Origin: Eledone cirrhosa | Lineage: Eukaryota | Reading direction: 5' to 3' | NCBI GenBank assembly: GCA_964016885.1 | Contig: OZ024748.1 | Coordinates: 43,400,001 to 43,464,000 of the forward strand | DNA: 64,000 bases | Shown here: one piece after another, positions 43,701-55,700 of the stretch | How positions within the stretch are numbered: the stretch's first letter is position 1 | How the letters are laid out: every line of letters begins with the position of its first letter | Notes under the pieces: generated by a model | The model's database searches: none | The model's input: only the letters and a program-made list of their open reading frames with translations | What the model was told of the DNA's origin: nothing | Made by a program: the position numbers and the translations under genes

Positions 43701-46700
43701 TTTCTTCTCTGAAGACCTTCTGCTGTCCAGCTCTCCTGGAGTTCCTTCTCTGAAGACCTTCTGCTGTCCAGCTCTCCTGGAGTTCCTTCTCTCAAGACCT
43801 TCTACTGTCCAGCTCTCCTGGGGTTCCTTCTCTGAAGACCTTCTGCTGTCCAGCTCTCCTGGAGTTCCTTCTCTGAAGACCTTCTGCTGTCCAGCTCTCC
43901 CGGGGTTCCTTCTCTGAAGACCTTCTGCTGTCCAGCTCTCCCGGGGTTCCTTCTCTGAAGACCTTCTGCTGTCCCGCTCTCCCGGGGTTCCTTCTCTGAA
44001 GACCTTCTGCTGTCCAGCTCTCCTGGAGTTCCTTCTCTGAAGACCTTCTGCTGTGCCGCACTCCCGGTGTTCCTTCTCTGAAGACCTTCTGCTGTCCAGC
44101 TCTCCTGGAGTTCCTTCTCTGAAGACCTTCTGCTGTCCAGCTCTCCCGGGGTTCCTTCTCTGAAGACCTTCTGCTGTCCAGCTCTCCCGGGGTTCCTTCT
44201 CTGAAGACCTTCTACTGTCCAGCACTCCTGGAAGTTCCTCCTCTGAACACCTTCTGCTGTCCAGCTCTCCTGGAGTTCCTACTCTGAAGACATTCTACTG
44301 TCCAGATCCCCTGAGAGTTTCTTCTCTGAAGACCTTCTGATGTCCAGCTCTCCTGGAGTTCCTTTTCTCAAGACCTTCTGCTGTCCAGCTCTCCTGGAGT
44401 TCCTTCTCTGAAGACCTTCTGCTGTCCAGCTCTCCTGGAGTTCCTTCTCTCAAGACCTTCTACTGTCCAGCTCTCCTGAGAGTTCCTTCTCTGAAGACCT
44501 TCTGCTGTCCAGCACTCCTGGAGTTCCTTCTCTGAACACCTTCTACTGTCCAGCTCTCCTGGAGTTCCTTCTCTCAAGACCTTCTGCTGTCCAGCTCTCC
44601 TGAGAGTTCCTTCTCTGAAGACCTTCTGCTGTCCAGCTCTCCTGGCGTTCCTTCTCTGAAGACCTTCTGCTGTCCAGCTCTCCCGGGGTTCCTTCTCTGA
44701 AGACCTTCTGCTGTCCAGCTCTCCCGGGGTTCCTTCTCTGAAGACCTTCTACTGTCCAGCTCTCCTGGAAGATCCTCCTCTGAACACCTTCTGCAGTCCA
44801 GCTCTCCTGGAGTTCCTTCTCTGAAGACCTTCTACTGTCCAGATCTCCTGAGAGTTTCTTCTCTGAAGACCTTCTGCTGTCCAGCTCTCCTGGAGTTCCT
44901 TCTCTCAAGACCTTCTGCTGTCCAGATCTCCTGAGAGTTTTTTCTCTGAAGACCTTCTGCTGTCCAGCTCTCCTGGAGTTCCTTCTCTGAAGACCTTCTG
45001 CTGTCCAGCTCTCCTGGGAGTTCCTTCTCTGAAGACCTTCTGCTGTCCAGCTCTCCTGGGAGTTCCTTCTCTCAAGACCTTCTACTGTCCAGCTCTCCCG
45101 GGGTTCCTTCTCTCTTGACCTTCTGCTCTCCAGCTCTCCTGGGGTTCCTTCTCTTAAGACCTTCTGCTGTCCAGCACTCCCGGGGTTCCTTCTCTGAAGA
45201 CCTTCTGCTGTCCAGCTCTCCCGGGGTTCCTTCTCTGAAGACCTTCTGCTGTCCAGCTCTCCCGGGGTTCCTTCTCTGAAGACCTTCTGCTGTCCAGCTC
45301 TCCTGGAGTTCCTCCTCTGAAGACATTCTGCTGTCCAGCTCTCCCGGGGTTCCTCCTCTCAAACCTTCTGCTGTCCAGCTCTCCCGGGGTTCCTTCTCTC
45401 AAACCTTCTGCTGTCCAGCTCTCCCGGGGTTCCTTCTCTCAAGACCTTCTGCTGTCCAGCTCTCCTGAAGTTCCTCCTCTGAAGTCCTTCTGCTGTCCAG
45501 CGCTTCCGGGGTTCCTTCTCTCAAGACCTTCTGCTGTCCAGCTCTCCCGGGGTTCCTTCTCTGTAGACCTTCTGCTGTCAAGCTCTCCAGGGGTTCCTTC
45601 TCTGAAGACCTTCTGCTGTCCAGCTCTCCCGGGGTTCCTTCTCTGAAGACCTTCTGCTGTCCAGCTCTCCCGGGGTTCCTACTCTGAAGACCTTCTGCTG
45701 TCCAGCTCTCCTGGAGTTCCTTCTCTGAAGACCTTCTGCTGTCCAGCTCTCCCGGGGTTCCTTCTCTGAAGACCTTCTGCTGTCCAGCTCTCCCGGGGTT
45801 CCTTCTCTCAAGACCTTCTGCTGTCCAGCTCTCCCGGGGTTCCTTCTCTCAAGACCTTCTGCTGTCCAGCTCTCCTGGGGTTCCTTCTCTGAAGACCTTC
45901 TGCTGTCCAGCTCTCCCGGCGTTCCTTCTCTCAAGACCTTCTGCTGTCCAGTTCTCCCGGGGTTCCTTCTCTGAAGACCTTCTGCTGTCCAGCTCTCCTG
46001 AAGTTCCTCCTCTGAAGACCTTCTGCTGTCCATCTCTCCCGGAGTTCCTTCTCTCAAGACCTTCTGCTGTTCAGTTCTCCCGGGGTTCCTTCTCTGAAGA
46101 CCTTCTGCTGTCCAGCTCTCCTGAAGTTCCCCCTCTAAAAACCTTCTGCTGTCCAGCTCTCCCGGGGTTCCTTCTCTGAAGACCTTCTGCTGTCCAGCTC
46201 TCCCGGGGTTCCTTCTCTGAAGACCTTCTACTGTCCAGATCTCCTGAGAGTTTCTTCTCTGAAGACCTTCTGCTGTCCAGCTCTCATGGAGTTCCTTCTC
46301 TCAAGACCTTCTGCTGTCCAGATCTCCTGAGAGTTTCTTCTCTGAAGACCTTCTGCTGTCCAGCTCTCCTGGAGTTCCTTCTCTGAAGACCTTCTGCTGT
46401 CCAGCTCTCCTGGGAGTTCCTTCTCTGAAGACCTTCTGCTGTCCAGCTTTCCCGGGGTTCCTTCTCTCAAGACCTTCTGCTGTCCAGCTCTCCTGGAAGT
46501 TCCTCCTATGAAGACCTTCTGCTGTCCAGCTCTCCCGGTGTTCCTTCTCTGAAGACCTTCTACTGTCCAGATCTCCTGAGAGTTTCTTCTCTGAAGACCT
46601 TCTGCTGTCCAGCTCTCATGGAGTTCCTTCTCTCAAGACCTTCTGCTGTCCAGATCTCCTGAGAGTTTCTTCTCTGAAGACCTTCTGCTGTCCAGCTCTC

Positions 46701-49700
46701 CTGGAGTTCCTTCTCTGAAGACCTTCTGCTGTCCAGCTCTCCTGGGAGTTCCTTCTCTGAAGACCTTCTGCTGTCCAGCTCTCCTGGGAGTTCCTTCTCT
46801 CAAGACCTTCTACTGTCCAGCTCTCCCGGGGTTCCTTCTCTCTTGACCTTCTGCTGTCCTGCTCCCCTGGAGCTCCTTCTCTGAAGACCTTCTGCTGTGC
46901 AGCACTCCCGGGGTTCCTTCTCTGAAGACCTTCTGCTGTCCAGCTCTCCTGGAGTTCCTCATCTGAAGACCTTCTGCTGTCCAGCTCTCCCGGGGTTCCT
47001 TCTCTCAAACCTTCTGCTGTCCAGCTCTCCCGGGGTTCCTTCTCTCAAGACCTTCTGCTGTCCAGCTCTCCCGGGGTTCCTTCTCTCAAGACCTTCTGCT
47101 GTCCAGCTCTCCTGAAGTTCCTCCTCTGAAGACCTTCTGCTGTCCAGCGCTTCCGGGGTTCCTTCTCTCAAGACCTTCTGCTGTCCAGCTCTCCCGCGGT
47201 TCCTTCTCTGAAGACCTTCTGCTGTCCAGCTCTCCTGGGGTTCCTTCTCTGAAGACCTTCTGCTGTACAGCTCTCCCGGGGTTCCTTCTCTGAAGACCTT
47301 CTGCTGTCCAGCTCTCCCGGGGTTCCTTCTCTGAAGACCTTCTGCTGTCCAGCTCTCCTGGAGTTCCTTCTCTGAAGACCTTCTGCTGTTCAGCTCTCCC
47401 GGGGTTCCTTCTCTGAAGACCTTCTGCTGTCCAGCTCTCCCGGGGTTCCTTCTCTCAAGACCTTCTGCTGTCCAGCTCTCCCGGGGTTCCTACTCTCAAG
47501 ACCTTCTGCTGGCCAGCTCTCCCGGGGTTCCTTCTCTGAAGACCTTCTGCTGTCCAGCTCTCCCGGGGTTCCTTCTCTCAAGACCTTCTGCTGTCCAGCT
47601 CTCCTGGAAGTTCCTCCTCTGAAGACCTTCTGCTGTCCAGCTCTCCTGGGGTTCCTTCTCTGAAGACCTTCTGCTGTCCAGCTCTCCCGGGGTTCCTCCT
47701 CTCAAGACCTTCTGCTGTCCAGCTCTCCTGGAAGTTCCTCCTCTGAAGACTTTCTGCTGTCCAGCTCTCCCGGGGTTCCTTCTCTGAAGACCTTCTACTG
47801 TCCAGCTCTCCTGGGGTTCCTTCTCTGAAGACCTTCTGCTGTCCAGCTCCCCTGGAGTTCCTTCTCTGAAGACCTTCTGCTGTCCAGCTCTCCCGGGGTT
47901 CCTTCTCTGAAGACCTTCTGCTGTCCAGCTCTCCTGGAATTCCTTCTCTGAAGACCTTCTACTGTCCAGCTCTCCCGGGGTTCCTTCTCTGAAGACCTCC
48001 TGCTGTCCAGCTCTCCCGGGGTTCCTTCTCTGATGACCTTCTACTGTCCAGTTCTTCCGGGGTTCCTTCTCTGAAGACCTTCTGCTGTCCAGCTCTCCCG
48101 GGGTTCCTACTCTCAAGACCTTCTGCTGGCCAGCTCTCCCGGGGTTCCTTCTCTGAAGACCTTCTGCTGTCCAGCTCTCCCGTGGTTCCTTCTCTCAAGA
48201 CCTTCTGCTGTCCAGCTCTCCTGGAAGTTCCTCCTCTGAAGACCTTCTGCTGTCCAGCTCTCCTGGGGTTCCTTCTCTGAAGACCTTCTGCTGTCCAGCT
48301 CTCCCGGGGTTCCTCCTCTCAAGACCTTCTGCTGTCCAGCTCTCCTGGAAGTTCCTCCTCTGAAGACTTTCTGCTGTCCAGCTCTCCCGGGGTTCCTTCT
48401 CTGAAGACCTTCTACTGTCCAGCTCTCCTGGGGTTCCTTCTCTGAAGACCTTCTGCTGTCCAGCTCCCCTGGAGTTCCTTCTCTGAAGACCTTCTGCTGT
48501 CCAGCTCTCCCGGGGTTCCTTCTCTGAAGACCTTCTGCTGTCCAGCTCTCCTGGAATTCCTTCTCTGAAGACCTTCTACTGTCCAGCTCTGCCAGGGTTC
48601 CTTCTCTGAAGACCTTCTGCTGTCCAGCTCTCCTGGAGTTCCTTCTCTGAAGACCTTCTGCTGTTCAGTTCTCCCGGGGTTCCTTCTCTGAAGACCTTCT
48701 GCTGTCCAGCTCTCCCGGGGTTCCTTCTCTGAAAACCTTCTGCTGTCCAGCTCTCCTGGAGTCCCTTCTCTCAAGACCTTCTGCTGTCCAGCTCTCCCGG
48801 GGTTCCTTCTCTGAAGACCTTCTGCTGTCCAGCTCTCTTAGAAGTTCCTCCTCTGAAGACCTTCTGCTGTCCAGCACTCCTGGAGTTCCTTCTCTGAAGA
48901 CCTTCTACTCTCCAGATCTCCTGAGAGTTTCTTCTCTGAAGACCTTCTGCTGTCCAGCTCTCCTGGAGTTCCTTCTCTCAAGACCTTCTGCTGTCCAGAT
49001 CTCCTGAGAGTTTCTTCTCTGAAGACCTTCTGCTGTCCAGCTCTCCTGGAGTTCCTTCTCTGAAGACCTTCTGCTGTCCAGCTCTCCTGGAGTTCCTTCT
49101 CTCAAGACCTTCTACTGTCCAGCTCTCCTGGGGTTCCTTCTCTGAAGACCTTCTGCTGTCCAGCTCTCCCGGGGTTCCTTCTCTGAAGACCTTCTGCTGT
49201 CCAGCTCTCCCGGGGTTCCTTCTCTGAAGACCTTCTGCTGTCCCGCTCTCCCGGGGTTCCTTCTCTGAAGACCTTCTGCTGTCCAGCTCTCCTGGAGTTC
49301 CTTCTCTGAAGACCTTCTGCTGTGCCGCACTCCCGGTGTTCCTTCTCTGAAGACCTTCTGCTGTCCAGCTCTCCTGGAGTTCCTTCTCTGAAGACCTTCT
49401 GCTGTCCAGCTCTCCCGGGGTTCCTTCTCTGAAGACCTTCTGCTGTCCAGCTCTCCCGGGGTTCCTTCTCTGAAGACCTTCTACTGTCCAGCACTCCTGG
49501 AAGTTCCTCCTCTGAACACCTTCTGCTGTCCAGCTCTCCTGGAGTTCCTACTCTGAAGACATTCTACTGTCCAGATCCCCTGAGAGTTTCTTCTCTGAAG
49601 ACCTTCTGATGTCCAGCTCTCCTGGAGTTCCTTTTCTCAAGACCTTCTGCTGTCCAGCTCTCCTGGAGTTCCTTCTCTGAAGACCTTCTGCTGTCCAGCT

Positions 49701-52700
49701 CTCCTGGAGTTCCTTCTCTCAAGACCTTCTACTGTCCAGCTCTCCTGAGAGTTCCTTCTCTGAAGACCTTCTGCTGTCCAGCACTCCTGGAGTTCCTTCT
49801 CTGAACACCTTCTACTGTCCAGCTCTCCTGGAGTTCCTTCTCTCAAGACCTTCTGCTGTCCAGCTCTCCTGAGAGTTCCTTCTCTGAAGACCTTCTGCTG
49901 TCCAGCTCTCCTGGCGTTCCTTCTCTGAAGACCTTCTGCTGTCCAGCTCTCCCGGGGTTCCTTCTCTGAAGACCTTCTGCTGTCCAGCTCTCCCGGGGTT
50001 CCTTCTCTGAAGACCTTCTACTGTCCAGCTCTCCTGGAAGATCCTCCTCTGAACACCTTCTGCAGTCCAGCTCTCCTGGAGTTCCTTCTCTGAAGACCTT
50101 CTACTGTCCAGATCTCCTGAGAGTTTCTTCTCTGAAGACCTTCTGCTGTCCAGCTCTCCTGGAGTTCCTTCTCTCAAGACCTTCTGCTGTCCAGATCTCC
50201 TGAGAGTTTTTTCTCTGAAGACCTTCTGCTGTCCAGCTCTCCTGGAGTTCCTTCTCTGAAGACCTTCTGCTGTCCAGCTCTCCTGGGAGTTCCTTCTCTG
50301 AAGACCTTCTGCTGTCCAGCTCTCCTGGGAGTTCCTTCTCTCAAGACCTTCTACTGTCCAGCTCTCCCGGGGTTCCTTCTCTCTTGACCTTCTGCTCTCC
50401 AGCTCTCCTGGGGTTCCTTCTCTTAAGACCTTCTGCTGTCCAGCACTCCCGGGGTTCCTTCTCTGAAGACCTTCTGCTGTCCAGCTCTCCCGGGGTTCCT
50501 TCTCTGAAGACCTTCTGCTGTCCAGCTCTCCCGGGGTTCCTTCTCTGAAGACCTTCTGCTGTCCAGCTCTCCTGGAGTTCCTCCTCTGAAGACCTTCTGC
50601 TGTCCAGCTCTCCCGGGGTTCCTCCTCTCAAACCTTCTGCTGTCCAGCTCTCCCGGGGTTCCTTCTCTCAAACCTTCTGCTGTCCAGCTCTCCCGGGGTT
50701 CCTTCTCTCAAGACCTTCTGCTGTCCAGCTCTCCTGAAGTTCCTCCTCTGAAGTCCTTCTGCTGTCCAGCGCTTCCGGGGTTCCTTCTCTCAAGACCTTC
50801 TGCTGTCCAGCTCTCCCGGGGTTCCTTCTCTGTAGACCTTCTGCTGTCAAGCTCTCCAGGGGTTCCTTCTCTGAAGACCTTCTGCTGTCCAGCTCTCCCG
50901 GGGTTCCTTCTCTGAAGACCTTCTGCTGTCCAGCTCTCCCGGGGTTCCTACTCTGAAGACCTTCTGCTGTCCAGCTCTCCTGGAGTTCCTTCTCTGAAGA
51001 CCTTCTGCTGTCCAGCTCTCCCGGGGTTCCTTCTCTGAAGACCTTCTGCTGTCCAGCTCTCCCGGGGTTCCTTCTCTCAAGACCTTCTGCTGTCCAGCTC
51101 TCCCGGGGTTCCTTCTCTCAAGACCTTCTGCTGTCCAGCTCTCCTGGGGTTCCTTCTCTGAAGACCTTCTGCTGTCCAGCTCTCCCGGCGTTCCTTCTCT
51201 CAAGACCTTCTGCTGTCCAGTTCTCCCGGGGTTCCTTCTCTGAAGACCTTCTGCTGTCCAGCTCTCCCGGGGTTCCTCCTCTCAAGACCTTCTGCTGTCC
51301 AGCTCTCCTGGAAGTTCCTCCTCTGAAGACTTTCTGCTGTCCAGCTCTCCCGGGGTTCCTTCTCTGAAGACCTTCTACTGTCCAGCTCTCCTGGGGTTCC
51401 TTCTCTGAAGACCTTCTGCTGTCCAGCTCCCCTGGAGTTCCTTCTCTGAAGACCTTCTGCTGTCCAGCTCTCCCGGGGTTCCTTCTCTGAAGACCTTCTG
51501 CTGTCCAGCTCTCCTGGAATTCCTTCTCTGAAGACCTTCTACTGTCCAGCTCTCCCGGGGTTCCTTCTCTGAAGACCTCCTGCTGTCCAGCTCTCCCGGG
51601 GTTCCTTCTCTGATGACCTTCTACTGTCCAGTTCTTCCGGGGTTCCTTCTCTGAAGACCTTCTGCTGTCCAGCTCTCCCGGGGTTCCTACTCTCAAGACC
51701 TTCTGCTGGCCAGCTCTCCCGGGGTTCCTTCTCTGAAGACCTTCTGCTGTCCAGCTCTCCCGTGGTTCCTTCTCTCAAGACCTTCTGCTGTCCAGCTCTC
51801 CTGGAAGTTCCTCCTCTGAAGACCTTCTGCTGTCCAGCTCTCCTGGGGTTCCTTCTCTGAAGACCTTCTGCTGTCCAGCTCTCCCGGGGTTCCTCCTCTC
51901 AAGACCTTCTGCTGTCCAGCTCTCCTGGAAGTTCCTCCTCTGAAGACTTTCTGCTGTCCAGCTCTCCCGGGGTTCCTTCTCTGAAGACCTTCTACTGTCC
52001 AGCTCTCCTGGGGTTCCTTCTCTGAAGACCTTCTGCTGTCCAGCTCCCCTGGAGTTCCTTCTCTGAAGACCTTCTGCTGTCCAGCTCTCCCGGGGTTCCT
52101 TCTCTGAAGACCTTCTGCTGTCCAGCTCTCCTGGAATTCCTTCTCTGAAGACCTTCTACTGTCCAGCTCTGCCAGGGTTCCTTCTCTGAAGACCTTCTGC
52201 TGTCCAGCTCTCCTGGAGTTCCTTCTCTGAAGACCTTCTGCTGTTCAGTTCTCCCGGGGTTCCTTCTCTGAAGACCTTCTGCTGTCCAGCTCTCCCGGGG
52301 TTCCTTCTCTGAAAACCTTCTGCTGTCCAGCTCTCCTGGAGTCCCTTCTCTCAAGACCTTCTGCTGTCCAGCTCTCCCGGGGTTCCTTCTCTGAAGACCT
52401 TCTGCTGTCCAGCTCTCTTAGAAGTTCCTCCTCTGAAGACCTTCTGCTGTCCAGCACTCCTGGAGTTCCTTCTCTGAAGACCTTCTACTCTCCAGATCTC
52501 CTGAGAGTTTCTTCTCTGAAGACCTTCTGCTGTCCAGCTCTCCTGGAGTTCCTTCTCTCAAGACCTTCTGCTGTCCAGATCTCCTGAGAGTTTCTTCTCT
52601 GAAGACCTTCTGCTGTCCAGCTCTCCTGGAGTTCCTTCTCTGAAGACCTTCTGCTGTCCAGCTCTCCTGGAGTTCCTTCTCTCAAGACCTTCTACTGTCC

Positions 52701-55700
52701 AGCTCTCCTGGGGTTCCTTCTCTGAAGACCTTCTGCTGTCCAGCTCTCCCGGGGTTCCTTCTCTGAAGACCTTCTGCTGTCCAGCTCTCCCGGGGTTCCT
52801 TCTCTGAAGACCTTCTGCTGTCCCGCTCTCCCGGGGTTCCTTCTCTGAAGACCTTCTGCTGTCCAGCTCTCCTGGAGTTCCTTCTCTGAAGACCTTCTGC
52901 TGTGCCGCACTCCCGGTGTTCCTTCTCTGAAGACCTTCTGCTGTCCAGCTCTCCTGGAGTTCCTTCTCTGAAGACCTTCTGCTGTCCAGCTCTCCCGGGG
53001 TTCCTTCTCTGAAGACCTTCTGCTGTCCAGCTCTCCCGGGGTTCCTTCTCTGAAGACCTTCTACTGTCCAGCACTCCTGGAAGTTCCTCCTCTGAACACC
53101 TTCTGCTGTCCAGCTCTCCTGGAGTTCCTACTCTGAAGACATTCTACTGTCCAGATCCCCTGAGAGTTTCTTCTCTGAAGACCTTCTGATGTCCAGCTCT
53201 CCTGGAGTTCCTTTTCTCAAGACCTTCTGCTGTCCAGCTCTCCTGGAGTTCCTTCTCTGAAGACCTTCTGCTGTCCAGCTCTCCTGGAGTTCCTTCTCTC
53301 AAGACCTTCTACTGTCCAGCTCTCCTGAGAGTTCCTTCTCTGAAGACCTTCTGCTGTCCAGCACTCCTGGAGTTCCTTCTCTGAACACCTTCTACTGTCC
53401 AGCTCTCCTGGAGTTCCTTCTCTCAAGACCTTCTGCTGTCCAGCTCTCCTGAGAGTTCCTTCTCTGAAGACCTTCTGCTGTCCAGCTCTCCTGGCGTTCC
53501 TTCTCTGAAGACCTTCTGCTGTCCAGCTCTCCCGGGGTTCCTACTCTGAAGACCTTCTGCTGTCCAGCTCTCCCGGGGTTCCTTCTCTGAAGACCTTCTA
53601 CTGTCCAGCTCTCCTGGAAGATCCTCCTCTGAACACCTTCTGCAGTCCAGCTCTCCTGGAGTTCCTTCTCTGAAGACCTTCTACTGTCCAGATCTCCTGA
53701 GAGTTTCTTCTCTGAAGACCTTCTGCTGTCCAGCTCTCCTGGAGTTCCTTCTCTCAAGACCTTCTGCTGTCCAGATCTCCTGAGAGTTTTTTCTCTGAAG
53801 ACCTTCTGCTGTCCAGCTCTCCTGGAGTTCCTTCTCTGAAGACCTTCTGCTGTCCAGCTCTCCTGGGAGTTCCTTCTCTGAAGACCTTCTGCTGTCCAGC
53901 TCTCCTGGGAGTTCCTTCTCTCAAGACCTTCTACTGTCCAGCTCTCCCGGGGTTCCTTCTCTCTTGACCTTCTGCTCTCCAGCTCTCCTGGGGTTCCTTC
54001 TCTTAAGACCTTCTGCTGTCCAGCACTCCCGGGGTTCCTTCTCTGAAGACCTTCTGCTGTCCAGCTCTCCCGGGGTTCCTTCTCTGAAGACCTTCTGCTG
54101 TCCAGCTCTCCCGGGGTTCCTTCTCTGAAGACCTTCTGCTGTCCAGCTCTCCTGGAGTTCCTCCTCTGAAGACCTTCTGCTGTCCAGCTCTCCCGGGGTT
54201 CCTCCTCTCAAACCTTCTGCTGTCCAGCTCTCCCGGGGTTCCTTCTCTCAAACCTTCTGCTGTCCAGCTCTCCCGGGGTTCCTTCTCTCAAGACCTTCTG
54301 CTGTCCAGCTCTCCTGAAGTTCCTCCTCTGAAGTCCTTCTGCTGTCCAGCGCTTCCGGGGTTCCTTCTCTCAAGACCTTCTGCTGTCCAGCTCTCCCGGG
54401 GTTCCTTCTCTGTAGACCTTCTGCTGTCAAGCTCTCCAGGGGTTCCTTCTCTGAAGACCTTCTGCTGTCCAGCTCTCCCGGGGTTCCTTCTCTGAAGACC
54501 TTCTGCTGTCCAGCTCTCCCGGGGTTCCTACTCTGAAGACCTTCTGCTGTCCAGCTCTCCTGGAGTTCCTTCTCTGAAGACCTTCTGCTGTCCAGCTCTC
54601 CCGGGGTTCCTTCTCTGAAGACCTTCTGCTGTCCAGCTCTCCCGGGGTTCCTTCTCTCAAGACCTTCTGCTGTCCAGCTCTCCCGGGGTTCCTTCTCTCA
54701 AGACCTTCTGCTGTCCAGCTCTCCTGGGGTTCCTTCTCTGAAGACCTTCTGCTGTCCAGCTCTCCCGGCGTTCCTTCTCTCAAGACCTTCTGCTGTCCAG
54801 TTCTCCCGGGGTTCCTTCTCTGAAGACCTTCTGCTGTCCAGCTCTCCTGAAGTTCCTCCTCTGAAGACCTTCTGCTGTCCAGCTCTCCCGGAGTTCCTTC
54901 TCTCAAGACCTTCTGCTGTTCAGTTCTCCCGGGGTTCCTTCTCTGAAGACCTTCTGCTGTCCAGCTCTCCTGAAGTTCCCCCTCTAAAAACCTTCTGCTG
55001 TCCAGCTCTCCCGGGGTTCCTTCTCTGAAGACCTTCTGCTGTCCAGCTCTCCCGGGGTTCCTTCTCTGAAGACCTTCTACTGTCCAGATCTCCTGAGAGT
55101 TTCTTCTCTGAAGACCTTCTGCTGTCCAGCTCTCATGGAGTTCCTTCTCTCAAGACCTTCTGCTGTCCAGATCTCCTGAGAGTTTCTTCTCTGAAGACCT
55201 TCTGCTGTCCAGCTCTCCTGGAGTTCCTTCTCTGAAGACCTTCTGCTGTCCAGCTCTCCTGGGAGTTCCTTCTCTGAAGACCTTCTGCTGTCCAGCTTTC
55301 CCGGGGTTCCTTCTCTCAAGACCTTCTGCTGTCCAGCTCTCCTGGAAGTTCCTCCTATGAAGACCTTCTGCTGTCCAGCTCTCCCGGTGTTCCTTCTCTG
55401 AAGACCTTCTACTGTCCAGATCTCCTGAGAGTTTCTTCTCTGAAGACCTTCTGCTGTCCAGCTCTCATGGAGTTCCTTCTCTCAAGACCTTCTGCTGTCC
55501 AGATCTCCTGAGAGTTTCTTCTCTGAAGACCTTCTGCTGTCCAGCTCTCCTGGAGTTCCTTCTCTGAAGACCTTCTGCTGTCCAGCTCTCCTGGGAGTTC
55601 CTTCTCTGAAGACCTTCTGCTGTCCAGCTCTCCTGGGAGTTCCTTCTCTCAAGACCTTCTACTGTCCAGCTCTCCCGGGGTTCCTTCTCTCTTGACCTTC